A stretch of DNA of 60,738 bases, counting the filler. It is 4 parts of 4 records of this genome, joined end to end, with 100 filler letters (N's around TTAATTAATTAA, not from the genome) between each part and the next. Parts side by side here need not be neighbours in the genome. Positions count along the whole stretch, not along the records: positions 1 to 24,396 come from SRR31156797_5366; positions 24,497 to 32,803 come from SRR31156797_5367; 2 more parts are not named here. One strand, 5' to 3'. Below, one piece after another: positions 17,102-26,381 of the stretch. Within the stretch, counting starts at the first letter, position 1; every line of letters begins with the position of its first letter. Made by a program: the position numbers and the translations under genes. The notes beneath the pieces were generated by a model. It did no database searches and was not told where the DNA came from. It saw nothing but the letters and a program-made list of their open reading frames with translations.

Positions 17102-19603
17102 CTAGAAAGCTATTTTCAAATAAATGGAAGGCGTGAAGGGCACTGACTCTTCATATAAGCGAATAGTATTGCTTTGCTCAGTTGGAATGCGTTCCAGATT
17201 GTTGTAAAGTATGTTTTCGCGGTCAAAGACATTAAGCACAGATATACCGGTTTCGCCATTGAGCTTTTTAAAGTTGAATTTGTAAATCAAGGCCATATCG
17301 AGTCGGGAATAAGCTGTTCGAGTTGTTTCTAATGCTCCATTTTTTAGCTCATAAATGGGAAAACCTGATCCATATACGTAGTTTGTTGAGAAGTATACCG
17401 GTTCAATATTGATGAGTGCGGCTAACTTAATTTCATGTCGCTGATCCTGAGGTGCAAAGCGATAGTCTCCTTCCTGAAAATGATCAAATAACTCTTCTGT
17501 TTTGCTTAATGAGTATGAAATCCATGCGGTATGGCCTTTGTAGTTTTGTTTAATGTAAAAATCAAACCCGAAACTTCGGCCTTTTCCAAGTGAGATATCT
17601 TCTCTGTTTTGTTGAACATAATTGATGTAACGTGTTAATCCTCTTGTACGTCGAATATATGGTGACCAGCTTATTTGTGTGGATTTGAATTCTAAGTTAA
17701 TGGAAGCTGTCAGATGTTCTCCTTTTAGTATCGGGTAAACACTATCATTGGCTAGTATCCACATGTACCTGTAGTTTCCACTTTCATCCTCAACGGAACT
17801 TTTCGTTAGTATCTGATTATATAAGCCTCCTGAAATGTTTAGATCAATTATTTCGGTAACAGGAACGCTAATGGCAAGGCGCGGCTCAAATAATGATTTT
17901 TTCAGAAATGGTACAAAAGTATATCGAAATCCGGGTTTAATATTAATATGTGGGCTTGATATCTCATCGTTTATGATGACTGAAAAATGGTTCCCATTAT
18001 ATTTTTGATTTATGTACTCTAAACCTAATGTGTCTTCAACCCATTTTGATGAATTCTCTGTAAATTCTATATTAGTTGATAAGTTATGTGTTCGGTTGAG
18101 ATGCCATTCATTTTCCCAGGCTAGGGTAGTTTCGCTACTGGTGTTTGTTGAGTTTTTGCTTTTTTCTCTTTCAAAATTTCCGAAACCTGTGGTGGTGACT
18201 ATTTGATTGTCTTTATATTGAGCTTTTAGATCTGAATAGGCTAGTTTTATCCTTGTATGATATCCATTTTTAAAGTTTTTTCCCAAATAGACAGATCCTC
18301 CACGTTGCAAATTTTCTTCTTTGGTAGTTCTTTTCAGATTCAGTCTGTCCGTAACATCTTCATCAATATCATATGAAAAAATATCTTGCCCGGTAAGCAT
18401 ACTAATAGAAAAATATGTTCCGGTTGGGTTGTTGTAATTATATTTTGCATTAAAATCTCTGAATACATAATTGGGAACCACTTCAACATCGTTAATTTTG
18501 GGTTGATTTCGTTGGAAAAGATCTATCTCAGTTGGGTCGTATAAATTTTGAAAAGTATGGCGAAAGGCCATCAGCAAAGATGAATTATCGCCAATTGGAG
18601 TTTCCACCATAGAATTAATGGTATAGTTATTTATGCTAATTTGAGCACCCGCTTTAATTTTATTGCCATCTTTCCCGGTAATGTCGGCTACCCCACCTAC
18701 ACATTTTCCATATGTGGCATCGAATCCTGCTTTTAAAAGCTTGATGTCTTTCACAATATATGGGTTAACAGCACTTATATTATCATTAAAGTTTTTGAGC
18801 CCGAACAGTAAAAACCCATCGAAAAGAATTCGGCTTTGTCCTTCATAAGAACCCCAAATCAAAAGGTCGTCAGAGGCTTCTGCCGCTGCTAATATTCCTG
18901 ATTGTAGTCGCAGAAGGTTAAATACAGAATTGTCGCTGCTACCAGGCAAAAATTTAGTGATTTTATGGTTTAGTCGCAATACTCCCGCTTGTTTTTCGAT
19001 ATAGACAAATGATTCTAGAAGTTTATCGGAAACTACAATTTCTTTTAATTGATTAATAGAAGGAGTCATTAATATCCGGTGTAGTTTTCCGGGTTGTAAA
19101 ATGGTGTCTTTTCTGTAATACCCTATTTGTGAGAAAGCCAATTTATGAACACTATCAGTTGATGTGTATGAGAAATATCCACTGGCATCTGTAATGGTAC
19201 CCTTTCCATTGATCAGAATATTTGTAAACGGAAGTGATTCTAGTGTTTTTTTATCCAGCACCTGACCACGTATGATACGCTTGGGTGGTGGTTCTTCCTT
19301 TTTTAGCTTTTTCGGATCTGGGTAAATCACAATAATGTTGTTGTCTATGGAGTATGTTAAGGGGAGTTTTTGGATGATGAATTGAATAGCTTCTTCAGTA
19401 TTTTGGAAGGTCTTGCTAATAGAAATATTGTATTTTCTTAATGACTCATCGTCAAATGAAACGGACGCACCATATTTATCCCTTAATTGAATTAGCACAT
19501 CGCTAAGGGGTGTGTTTAACGCATCAATGCTAACTTTCTGAGCTTTGGTCAAGCTACTGAAAATCAGCATCAATAGGATAGCTGCTATGGTTTTTTTAAT
19601 CAA
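17102..19603 (-). CDS. TonB-dependent transducer (STN + carboxypeptidase-like + plug/barrel)
   Basis: N-terminal PLSDVLIQL STN-like segment; RGQVLDKKTLESLPFTNI; AGFDATYG; VLNVFDREN; C-terminal F. Confidence 0.9.
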   Translation of the reverse strand: MIKKTIAAILLMLIFSSLTKAQKVSIDALNTPLSDVLIQLRDKYGASVSFDDESLRKYNISISKTFQNTEEAIQFIIQKLPLTYSIDNNIIVIYPDPKKLKKEEPPPKRIIRGQVLDKKTLESLPFTNILINGKGTITDASGYFSYTSTDSVHKLAFSQIGYYRKDTILQPGKLHRILMTPSINQLKEIVVSDKLLESFVYIEKQAGVLRLNHKITKFLPGSSDNSVFNLLRLQSGILAAAEASDDLLIWGSYEGQSRILFDGFLLFGLKNFNDNISAVNPYIVKDIKLLKAGFDATYGKCVGGVADITGKDGNKIKAGAQISINNYTINSMVETPIGDNSSLLMAFRHTFQNLYDPTEIDLFQRNQPKINDVEVVPNYVFRDFNAKYNYNNPTGTYFSISMLTGQDIFSYDIDEDVTDRLNLKRTTKEENLQRGGSVYLGKNFKNGYHTRIKLAYSDLKAQYKDNQIVTTTGFGNFEREKSKNSTNTSSETTLAWENEWHLNRTHNLSTNIEFTENSSKWVEDTLGLEYINQKYNGNHFSVIINDEISSPHINIKPGFRYTFVPFLKKSLFEPRLAISVPVTEIIDLNISGGLYNQILTKSSVEDESGNYRYMWILANDSVYPILKGEHLTASINLEFKSTQISWSPYIRRTRGLTRYINYVQQNREDISLGKGRSFGFDFYIKQNYKGHTAWISYSLSKTEELFDHFQEGDYRFAPQDQRHEIKLAALINIEPVYFSTNYVYGSGFPIYELKNGALETTRTAYSRLDMALIYKFNFKKLNGETGISVLNVFDRENILYNNLERIPTEQSNTIRLYEESVPFTPSIYLKIAF

Positions 19604-19607
19604 ATAC

Positions 19608-20450
19608 TTATCGGCTTATTTTATATTTAGTTTGATGAATTTTTTCAACTTTTAGTCCAAATGGTTTGGCAATTACATTGAGTATCTCTTCTGGTGAACT
19701 ACCTCGTTTAAAGTTTCCGGTATATGTGCCGTTTACATTTTTATCGAATACTATTTTAATGTCAAATTGCCGTTCCATTTCTTCAAAAACTAATCTGAGT
19801 GGCGTACCGGTAAAAATAAATTTATTTTTTGTCCATGAAATTGCCTGATCTGCTTTAATAGTTGACATCATTTTCACTTCACCTTGTTTGTTTACGGCAA
19901 CAGCCTGATCAGGTTTTAATATTTGCGTTTTTCCTTTAGCGCTTTTAACTTCCACTTTACCTGTAAGGCAATGTACACGGTAGCTATTGTCACGGGCAAA
20001 AATATTGAAACTTGTTCCAAGTACGCGTGTCGTACCTAAATTAGAAACTACGCTAAAAGATTTGCCTTTAGTAACTTCAAAATATGCTTCACCTTCAAGT
20101 TCAACGGTTCGTTTAAATCTCCACCAATATGGATTGTAGGTTGCTTTTGTGTTGGCGTTTAGGTGAATTTTACTATTGTCAGGTAAAACTCTGGTTACAT
20201 GCTGACCAGCCGGAGCATAAATTGTTGAAGTGTAGAAACGCATGAATGCAGTTATTCCAACTAGAATAGCTAATGTGGCTGCCACCGACCAATACACAAC
20301 CAGTTTGCGTGTTTTGGTTTTTTGCTGAGGCATTGCTTTGCGTTTTTCCATCATCTCAGCCCATACTTCTTCCTTGCTTTTGGAATAAGGTATCTCTACC
20401 TTTTCGAAGAAGTCTGTGTGATTATCTTTATTTGAGTAATTATGCTTCAT
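19608..20450 (-). CDS. fecR: FecR family anti-sigma factor
   Basis: TM segment then LPDNSKIHLNANT, RTVELEGEAYFEV, RVLGTSFNI, W..NKFIFTGTPL. Confidence 0.92.
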   Translation of the reverse strand: MKHNYSNKDNHTDFFEKVEIPYSKSKEEVWAEMMEKRKAMPQQKTKTRKLVVYWSVAATLAILVGITAFMRFYTSTIYAPAGQHVTRVLPDNSKIHLNANTKATYNPYWWRFKRTVELEGEAYFEVTKGKSFSVVSNLGTTRVLGTSFNIFARDNSYRVHCLTGKVEVKSAKGKTQILKPDQAVAVNKQGEVKMMSTIKADQAISWTKNKFIFTGTPLRLVFEEMERQFDIKIVFDKNVNGTYTGNFKRGSSPEEILNVIAKPFGLKVEKIHQTKYKISR

Positions 20451-20931
20451 ATTGCAATGCGTTATTTAATTGTTCAAGTGCCTTCGACATCCTTTTTTCC
20501 ACGGCCTTTTGGCTAATATTCAAGTGTTCTGCTATTTCTTTATACTTTAATCCATCATTTCTGCTCATTAAAAAAACAACTCTCTGGTTTTCAGTCATCT
20601 CAGATAACGTATATTCATATTTTGCTTTTAGCTCTTTGTAATTCATTTCTTCATCCGGGGTCGTCGTTTGATTTTCATTTTGTGGAGCCTGGGCAAATTT
20701 TAGTGCGACTTGTTGCTTTCTGTAGTTGCTGATGAATATATCTCCTGCTATTTTAAAGAGCAATGCTTTTTCTTTTTTGGGCTCAGGATGAAGATCTTTT
20801 TCCCATATCCTCATAAACGTTTCCTGTGCAATGTCAGTGGCCAGTTCCGGATCGCCGCAGCGATAGAAAATGTAGTTTCTGACTCTTTCAAAGTATATGT
20901 CAAACAGCTTTTTAAAGTAATCTTCTAACAT
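20440..20931 (-). CDS. ECF sigma-70 factor (FecI-like)
   Basis: DIAQETFMRIW; VFLMSRNDGLKYKEIAEHLNISQKAVEKRMSKAL; overlaps fecR start. Confidence 0.92.
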   Translation of the reverse strand: MLEDYFKKLFDIYFERVRNYIFYRCGDPELATDIAQETFMRIWEKDLHPEPKKEKALLFKIAGDIFISNYRKQQVALKFAQAPQNENQTTTPDEEMNYKELKAKYEYTLSEMTENQRVVFLMSRNDGLKYKEIAEHLNISQKAVEKRMSKALEQLNNALQYEA

Positions 20932-20986
20932 GTACGAGTTGGTTAGTGCTTCCTGTAAATTTACAATTTCTATCGGACTTTAGGTG

Positions 20987-21027
20987 AAAAAGATGCCGGG
21001 TAATCTTTGGGGTGACAACCCGGCACC
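20987..21027 (-). terminator. Intrinsic terminator upstream of the ECF gene
   Basis: TGCCGGGT...ACCCGGCA stem followed by TCTTTTT on the minus strand. Confidence 0.6.
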
Positions 21028-21346
21028 AACCACTTGCATGAGAACAGAACCCAGATTATTCAGCACATAATATTTTATATTGTAGTTCAGAAATGTGTTA
21101 TTAGTCTTGTTTTTCATATTTTTCTAATAAGTGAACTATTTTAGTTTGTTGTTTGCCATTAGCTTTGCCCATCTGCTGCGTTACTAAACCCTTGAAATAG
21201 AGTTCTATGTCTGCGGGTTTAGGTGTCTTGCATATGCACAAAGCTAATGGCATGAATAATCTGGGTTTAACATCGGCCGGAGGAGGCGTGTATGTTGCCT
21301 GATGTGCCCTCCTTGAACACCGGCCGTGTTGATTATTAACTATTTA

Positions 21347-22234
21347 TTAAAGCCAAGGGAATCTTCTTCGTCTTTCTAGTGTAATTTGGATAGTTTCTCC
21401 ATCTTTTGTTATCGTAGCCACATCATCACATTCACCATTTCCATAGTCTAAGGTAGCAAATGTCTCATTGTTGTAATTAAACTCAACAATTCCTTCAACT
21501 ATAAACCTGCATCCGCCAATTTTTGTTAATGGCTCTACAATGGTTTTCCCAAATGTGGTTTCATCTTCAGTTTCATAGTTTACAAAACCAGTAATTAGGA
21601 TTAAGTCATCTGAATGATCAAAAACTGTTTCAAATCCTTGAACTAAGGTACGAGTGCGTTCTCCATGTCTGTATAATAATGTTCCATCAGAAAATGTAAT
21701 GGTTATGTCACTTACATTAGAGAAAACTCTTTCTGTGCTATCAGCTCCAATAAAAGTTAGCACGCCACCTCCAGCAAACATCGTTGAGTCAATGTAAAAG
21801 TCCTGATATGTAACGGTACGTGTTGCCCCATTGGTGCAAATTGGTGCAGAGATTTCAATTACAATAACCCCTTTTAAAATACGACCATTAACTAATTCAA
21901 CTCCATCGCCATAGTCAATGGTTATAGTTTTCGGAAAACTATATCCCACTGGATCAACTGTAATAGCTGGTCCAACTCCATCTACGTATCGAGGACGATG
22001 ATGTTGTGTTCCTTTGGTTCCATTTTCAATACCCTCAATGGCTGCATCAGAACCGGTTAAATAGTCGATTTCGTAATCAGCTGATTCTTTCAGATTATCT
22101 GCGGCAGCATCATTGGTTACAACTGCTTTTTCCTCTTCAGAAAGCACATCGAATCCAGTCAATTCATTATCTCTTTCACATGACATGATAAAAAGTGTTG
22201 ATAATGTGGCGATTAAAAAGAATAATTTTTTCAT
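21347..22234 (-). CDS. Hypothetical lipoprotein (beta-rich)
   Basis: Lipobox IMSC; FPKTITIDYG and LDYGNGECDD motifs. Confidence 0.75.
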   Translation of the reverse strand: MKKLFFLIATLSTLFIMSCERDNELTGFDVLSEEEKAVVTNDAAADNLKESADYEIDYLTGSDAAIEGIENGTKGTQHHRPRYVDGVGPAITVDPVGYSFPKTITIDYGDGVELVNGRILKGVIVIEISAPICTNGATRTVTYQDFYIDSTMFAGGGVLTFIGADSTERVFSNVSDITITFSDGTLLYRHGERTRTLVQGFETVFDHSDDLILITGFVNYETEDETTFGKTIVEPLTKIGGCRFIVEGIVEFNYNNETFATLDYGNGECDDVATITKDGETIQITLERRRRFPWL

Positions 22235-22446
22235 TTTTTCTAAATTTTAGTGTTTTAAAATGTTTGTTTATTCCTATACCGCATGGTTTTGATTTTACCC
22301 TACCTGGGATATTTATTATTTTTAATTTTTTATTGAATATTTGGTTGAATGTGCTTCGAATACCCCACCCCCGGCAGCGTATGGGCAGAAAAAAATCTAA
22401 AAAAATCATTTAGCTAAAGCCTTTATATAACTACGTTTTGTATCTG

Positions 22447-22526
22447 TTTAGTACCTGTTTTATATTTAGTACCATATAAAATTTACTACTATGTTTTGCA
22501 TAGTACTAAAATTTGTTTTATGTTTG
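22447..22526 (+). promoter_or_regulatory. Promoter with TTTAGTAC operator-like repeats
   Basis: TTTG at 22495-22498, 20-nt spacer, TATGTTTG at 22519-22526; inverted repeat 22482-22510; direct copies at 22447 and 22465. Confidence 0.6.
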
Positions 22527-22548
22527 TGTTGTGAAAATATATTAACCT

Positions 22549-23457
22549 ATGAACCCAATTATTAAAACCCAGAATCTCACATTTCATTTTCATGGCAAGC
22601 AAAATGCTGTGAATGAATTAAATCTGAACGTTCCTGAAGGTAGTGTATATGGATTTTTAGGACCAAATGGTGCCGGAAAATCCACAACTATTAGGATGCT
22701 AGCCGGGTTATTACGACCTGCCAGCGGATCCATCGAAATGTTTGATCAATCATTTAAAAATGCAAAATCAGCTATTTTAAGACGGTCTGCTTATATGATT
22801 GAAGAGCCTACTTTGTATAAGCACCTGACCGGAAGGCAAAATATTGAATTGATTTGTAAATCGGGTGGCTACGACCATAAAAGAATTGATGAAGTATTGG
22901 AGTGGGTGAAATTGTATGATGATCGCAATCGTAAAGCCGGCAACTATTCTATGGGTATGAAACAACGCCTCGGAATTGCAGGAGCATTATTACCTGATCC
23001 TGATTTATTTGTGCTAGATGAGCCAACTAATGGTCTTGATCCACAGGGAATGTATGAAATTCGTGAGTTAATTGTGGACTTGAATAAAAAGTATGGCAAA
23101 ACCATTTTTATCAGCAGTCATTTGTTAGGAGAAATTGAAAAGATGTGTACCCATGTGGGAATTATTCACCATGGAAAAGGCATTTTCGAAGGTTCTATTC
23201 AAGAATTAGCTGATTTAAATAAATCTGTGAAGCTTTTCCGTATTGAAACTACTCATTTCGAGATAGCTAATGAAGTTCTTTCCAAAGACAGAGCAGTTAA
23301 GAAGATCGATGAAACTACACTTGAGGTGCAACCTCAAGAAAAAAGTGAGCAACATCAAATCATAAAAACACTAGTTGATGCTGGTGTTGAAGTTATACAG
23401 GCCTATGAAGTAAAAAATAGTCTGGAAGAATTATTTATTCAGGTAACCGAAAATTAA
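22549..23457 (+). CDS. ABC transporter ATPase (BcrA/LanF-like)
   Basis: GPNGAGKST; YSMGMKQRLGIA; LDEPTNGLDP; ISSH. Confidence 0.93.
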   Translation: MNPIIKTQNLTFHFHGKQNAVNELNLNVPEGSVYGFLGPNGAGKSTTIRMLAGLLRPASGSIEMFDQSFKNAKSAILRRSAYMIEEPTLYKHLTGRQNIELICKSGGYDHKRIDEVLEWVKLYDDRNRKAGNYSMGMKQRLGIAGALLPDPDLFVLDEPTNGLDPQGMYEIRELIVDLNKKYGKTIFISSHLLGEIEKMCTHVGIIHHGKGIFEGSIQELADLNKSVKLFRIETTHFEIANEVLSKDRAVKKIDETTLEVQPQEKSEQHQIIKTLVDAGVEVIQAYEVKNSLEELFIQVTEN

Positions 23458-23471
23458 AAACCCAAACATCC

Positions 23472-24257
23472 ATGAACTCAATAAAATTATTTGCAAGCCT
23501 GGTATCAGCAGAATACCTCAAAACCCGAAAAACATGGGCTTTTTGGTTGTCTATTTTCGGAGGAATATTAATTCCTGCAATTTTGTTCCTGGTTGTCAGA
23601 AAGCACCCTGAGGTTGTGATGAACAAGATGAGTAGTATGCCCTGGTATATGTTTTTGAAATATAGTTGGCAAAGTGTGGCTACATTTTTATTACCACTTT
23701 TTGTTGTGCTGGTAACTTCATTAATTGTTCAAATAGAGCATCGTGCAAATGCGTTCAAAAAGTTTTTAACCTTGCCACATCCCAGAGGTTCATTTTATTT
23801 GGCTAAACTACTCGTGATTTTTTATTACGTAATTCTAACGCACATCATTTTTGTCTTCTCAATTGTGGTGTTTGGTTTAATTCTCGGGAATATTCATCCT
23901 GAAACCATGTTCTTATCAAAGCCAATTCCTTGGGAAATGATGCTGCGACAAATTACCAAATCATTTTTAGCCAGCCTGGGAATAATTGCTTTTCAATATC
24001 TGTTAAGTATTCGTTTTAAGAACTTTATAAAGCCTGTTGGTTTTGGATTTGCTACAACGCTTGCCGGTTCAATTATGTTGCTGGGTTGGGAGTATGTAGA
24101 CTATTGGCCCTGGTCACTACCGGCAAAAGTTTCTCCCGGAATAATTCAGGGAGCAAGCTCTCAAATTTTTACAATGCATGAATGGATTTCACTGGGCTAT
24201 TTTGGACTCTTCGGAGCCATAGGCTTAGTGTATTTTTCATATCGAAATATTAAATAA
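23472..24257 (+). CDS. ABC-2 permease (LanE/G-like)
   Basis: AEYLKTRKT start; IEHRAN..K..LTLP..R..YLAK; six TM segments; WPW. Confidence 0.85.
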   Translation: MNSIKLFASLVSAEYLKTRKTWAFWLSIFGGILIPAILFLVVRKHPEVVMNKMSSMPWYMFLKYSWQSVATFLLPLFVVLVTSLIVQIEHRANAFKKFLTLPHPRGSFYLAKLLVIFYYVILTHIIFVFSIVVFGLILGNIHPETMFLSKPIPWEMMLRQITKSFLASLGIIAFQYLLSIRFKNFIKPVGFGFATTLAGSIMLLGWEYVDYWPWSLPAKVSPGIIQGASSQIFTMHEWISLGYFGLFGAIGLVYFSYRNIK

Positions 24258-24300
24258 ATGATATATATAAAAGAATCTATAATATGGTCTTTGATAAGAA

Positions 24301-24396
24301 GACTTCGAGAACAAGGCTTGCGAGCATTTTTAATCAGGAGTTTACACGCGTAATTGACTGATAAAAAATGTGAGTAAAACGCAGTTATCGGAGTTT
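24301..24396. repeat. Long nested hairpin element running into the contig end
   Basis: Nested arms gacttcgagaac/gttatcggagtt, catttttaatcag/ctgataaaaaatg, ttac/gtaa. Confidence 0.55.
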
Positions 24397-24496
24397 NNNN
24401 NNNNNNNNNNNNNNNNNNNNNNNNNNNNNNNNNNNNNNNNTTAATTAATTAANNNNNNNNNNNNNNNNNNNNNNNNNNNNNNNNNNNNNNNNNNNN
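24397..24496. other. Artificial contig spacer
   Basis: N-run + TTAATTAATTAA (stops in all six frames) + N-run; abrupt composition shift. Confidence 0.97.
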
Positions 24497-24518
24497 TTAA
24501 TCGAAAAAGGTTCGTACT

Positions 24519-25238
24519 ATGACACGACGCAAAGAATTCCTTGACGGAGCCGGGGGAGCCATCCCCCTGCTTCTGGGAGCCGCTCCCTTCGGTCTGATCT
24601 ACGGCACCCTGGCCGTGGGAGCCGGAGTGTCCGCCGCGGCCACCATGGCCATGAGCCTCTTCGTCTTCGCCGGCTCCGCCCAGTTCGTGGCGGTGGGCCT
24701 CGTGGCGGCGGGGGCCCCCGTTCCGATCATTATCCTGACAACCCTGGTGGTCAACCTGAGGCATATGCTTTACAGCGCCACCCTGCTGCCCTATGTGCGC
24801 CGTCTGTCAGCCCTCTGGCGTCTGGTCCTGGCCTTCCTGCTGACAGACGAGGCCTTCGCCGTCTGCATCAGCCGTTACCGGCAGGAGGAGGAATCTCCCC
24901 TGAAGCACTGGTATCAGATGGGCGCCTCCGTGGCCATGTACGTCAACTGGCAGATCTGGTGTGCCCTGGGCCTTATCCTGGGCAGCCGCATTCCCGACGC
25001 CGGAAGCTGGGGGCTGGATTTCGCCATGCCCGTCTCCTTTATCGGCATGACCATACCCTTCGTCAAGAACCGGGCCTCGGTGGTCTGCGTGCTGACCGCC
25101 GGCCTCGTCTCCCTGCTGACGGGCGGGCTTCCCTATAAGCTGGGGCTCATAGCCGCGGCCCTGGCCGGTGTCCTGGCCGCCCTTGTGGCCGACAGGAACA
25201 GCGCCCGGCTGAAAACCATGAAGGAGGGGGATGTATGA
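24519..25238 (+). CDS. azlC: AzlC family branched-chain amino acid exporter
   Basis: MSLFVFAGSAQF; VNLRHMLYS; LLTDEAFA; GLDFAM. Confidence 0.92.
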   Translation: MTRRKEFLDGAGGAIPLLLGAAPFGLIYGTLAVGAGVSAAATMAMSLFVFAGSAQFVAVGLVAAGAPVPIIILTTLVVNLRHMLYSATLLPYVRRLSALWRLVLAFLLTDEAFAVCISRYRQEEESPLKHWYQMGASVAMYVNWQIWCALGLILGSRIPDAGSWGLDFAMPVSFIGMTIPFVKNRASVVCVLTAGLVSLLTGGLPYKLGLIAAALAGVLAALVADRNSARLKTMKEGDV

Positions 25239-25558
25239 ATGAGTTTATGATGATCGCCGGGATGACGGCGGTTACCTTCGGGATACGCTATATCCTCTTC
25301 GCCCTGGCCGACCAGTTCGAGATGCCTCCCCTGATGGAGAAGGCCCTCTACTATGTCCCTCCCGCCGTTCTCACGGCGATCCTGGTTCCCGCCGTGCTGA
25401 TGCCCGCGGGACATCTGGACCTCAGCCTGGATAACGCCTATCTCTTCGGGGCCCTGGCGGCCCTGGCAGGGGGCGTTCTGATCCGGAGACAGACCCTGAT
25501 GGCCTCTATCGTAAGCGGCCTTACCGTTTTCTTTACATGGCGCTTTTTCTTCTGCTAA
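25235..25558 (+). CDS. azlD: AzlD family protein
   Basis: ATGA overlap with azlC; VTFGIR, LYYVPPAVLTAILVP. Confidence 0.9.
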   Translation: MNEFMMIAGMTAVTFGIRYILFALADQFEMPPLMEKALYYVPPAVLTAILVPAVLMPAGHLDLSLDNAYLFGALAALAGGVLIRRQTLMASIVSGLTVFFTWRFFFC

Positions 25559-25608
25559 ACTGATAATCGTATTCTTGGTACTGTCAAAACCGATAGAAGG
25601 GGTGGGTT

Positions 25609-26280
25609 GTGAGTTTTCGAATCAGGCCTGTGCGAAAAGATGATGAAGATGCTTTGAAGGATATTATATACAGGGCGGATCCGGCTGCGGAAAACCATCC
25701 GGCTCCCGATCTGATATGGGAGCGCTGGGGGCGCTATTACTTCGAACGCTGCCGCCCCCACTGCTTCGCCGCCGTCCGGGAGGAGGACGGCAGGGTTCTG
25801 GGAGTCATACTCTGCTCCCCGACCACCACCGCGTCCATGAGAGAGTTCAATAGGGATTACCATCCCTCGTTTCAGTCGACCCTGGACAGGATAGAAGAGG
25901 AGTCTGCCGAGGCCTTCCTGTCCTCGGGACTGGATTACTATCGCATACCCGAGGGGAAGACGCTCCTGAAACGCCATCCCCTGAAGGGGCGGCTGATCCA
26001 CATAAGCTATCCCGCCCATCTCCATATCAATGTGCACCCCGATGCCCAGAGGCAGGGACTCGGCCGCCTCCTGGTGGACCGGCTGGTCTCCCACCTGACA
26101 GACCTGAAGGTCCCGGGGCTTCATCTGATCGTGTCTTCTGACAATGAGAAGGGAATCGGTTTTTATGAACGCTACGGTTTCAAAGCGCTCCTGGATATTT
26201 CTCCTTCCGGGGAGGGGAGCATCGTCTACGGATTGGATCTGCGTAAATACAGAGCCCGGAAAGAAAAAAAAGAACCTTAG
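25609..26280 (+). CDS. GNAT acetyltransferase
   Basis: YPAHLHINVHPDAQRQGLGRLL; NEKGIGFYERYGF. Confidence 0.9.
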   Translation: MSFRIRPVRKDDEDALKDIIYRADPAAENHPAPDLIWERWGRYYFERCRPHCFAAVREEDGRVLGVILCSPTTTASMREFNRDYHPSFQSTLDRIEEESAEAFLSSGLDYYRIPEGKTLLKRHPLKGRLIHISYPAHLHINVHPDAQRQGLGRLLVDRLVSHLTDLKVPGLHLIVSSDNEKGIGFYERYGFKALLDISPSGEGSIVYGLDLRKYRARKEKKEP

Positions 26281-26381
26281 AAAACTAAAATTTCCGAATC
26301 TTCTGCACTATACTTCTTTATATTCTTACAGAGCGTGTAAAAACGCCTGAAGCAGAAAGGATATCAAGTGAGTCTTAAAAC

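Noticed and set aside
24441-24452. TTAATTAATTAA recurring three times (also 32848 and 44631)
   Set aside because: Synthetic six-frame-stop linker inside N padding, not a biological repeat
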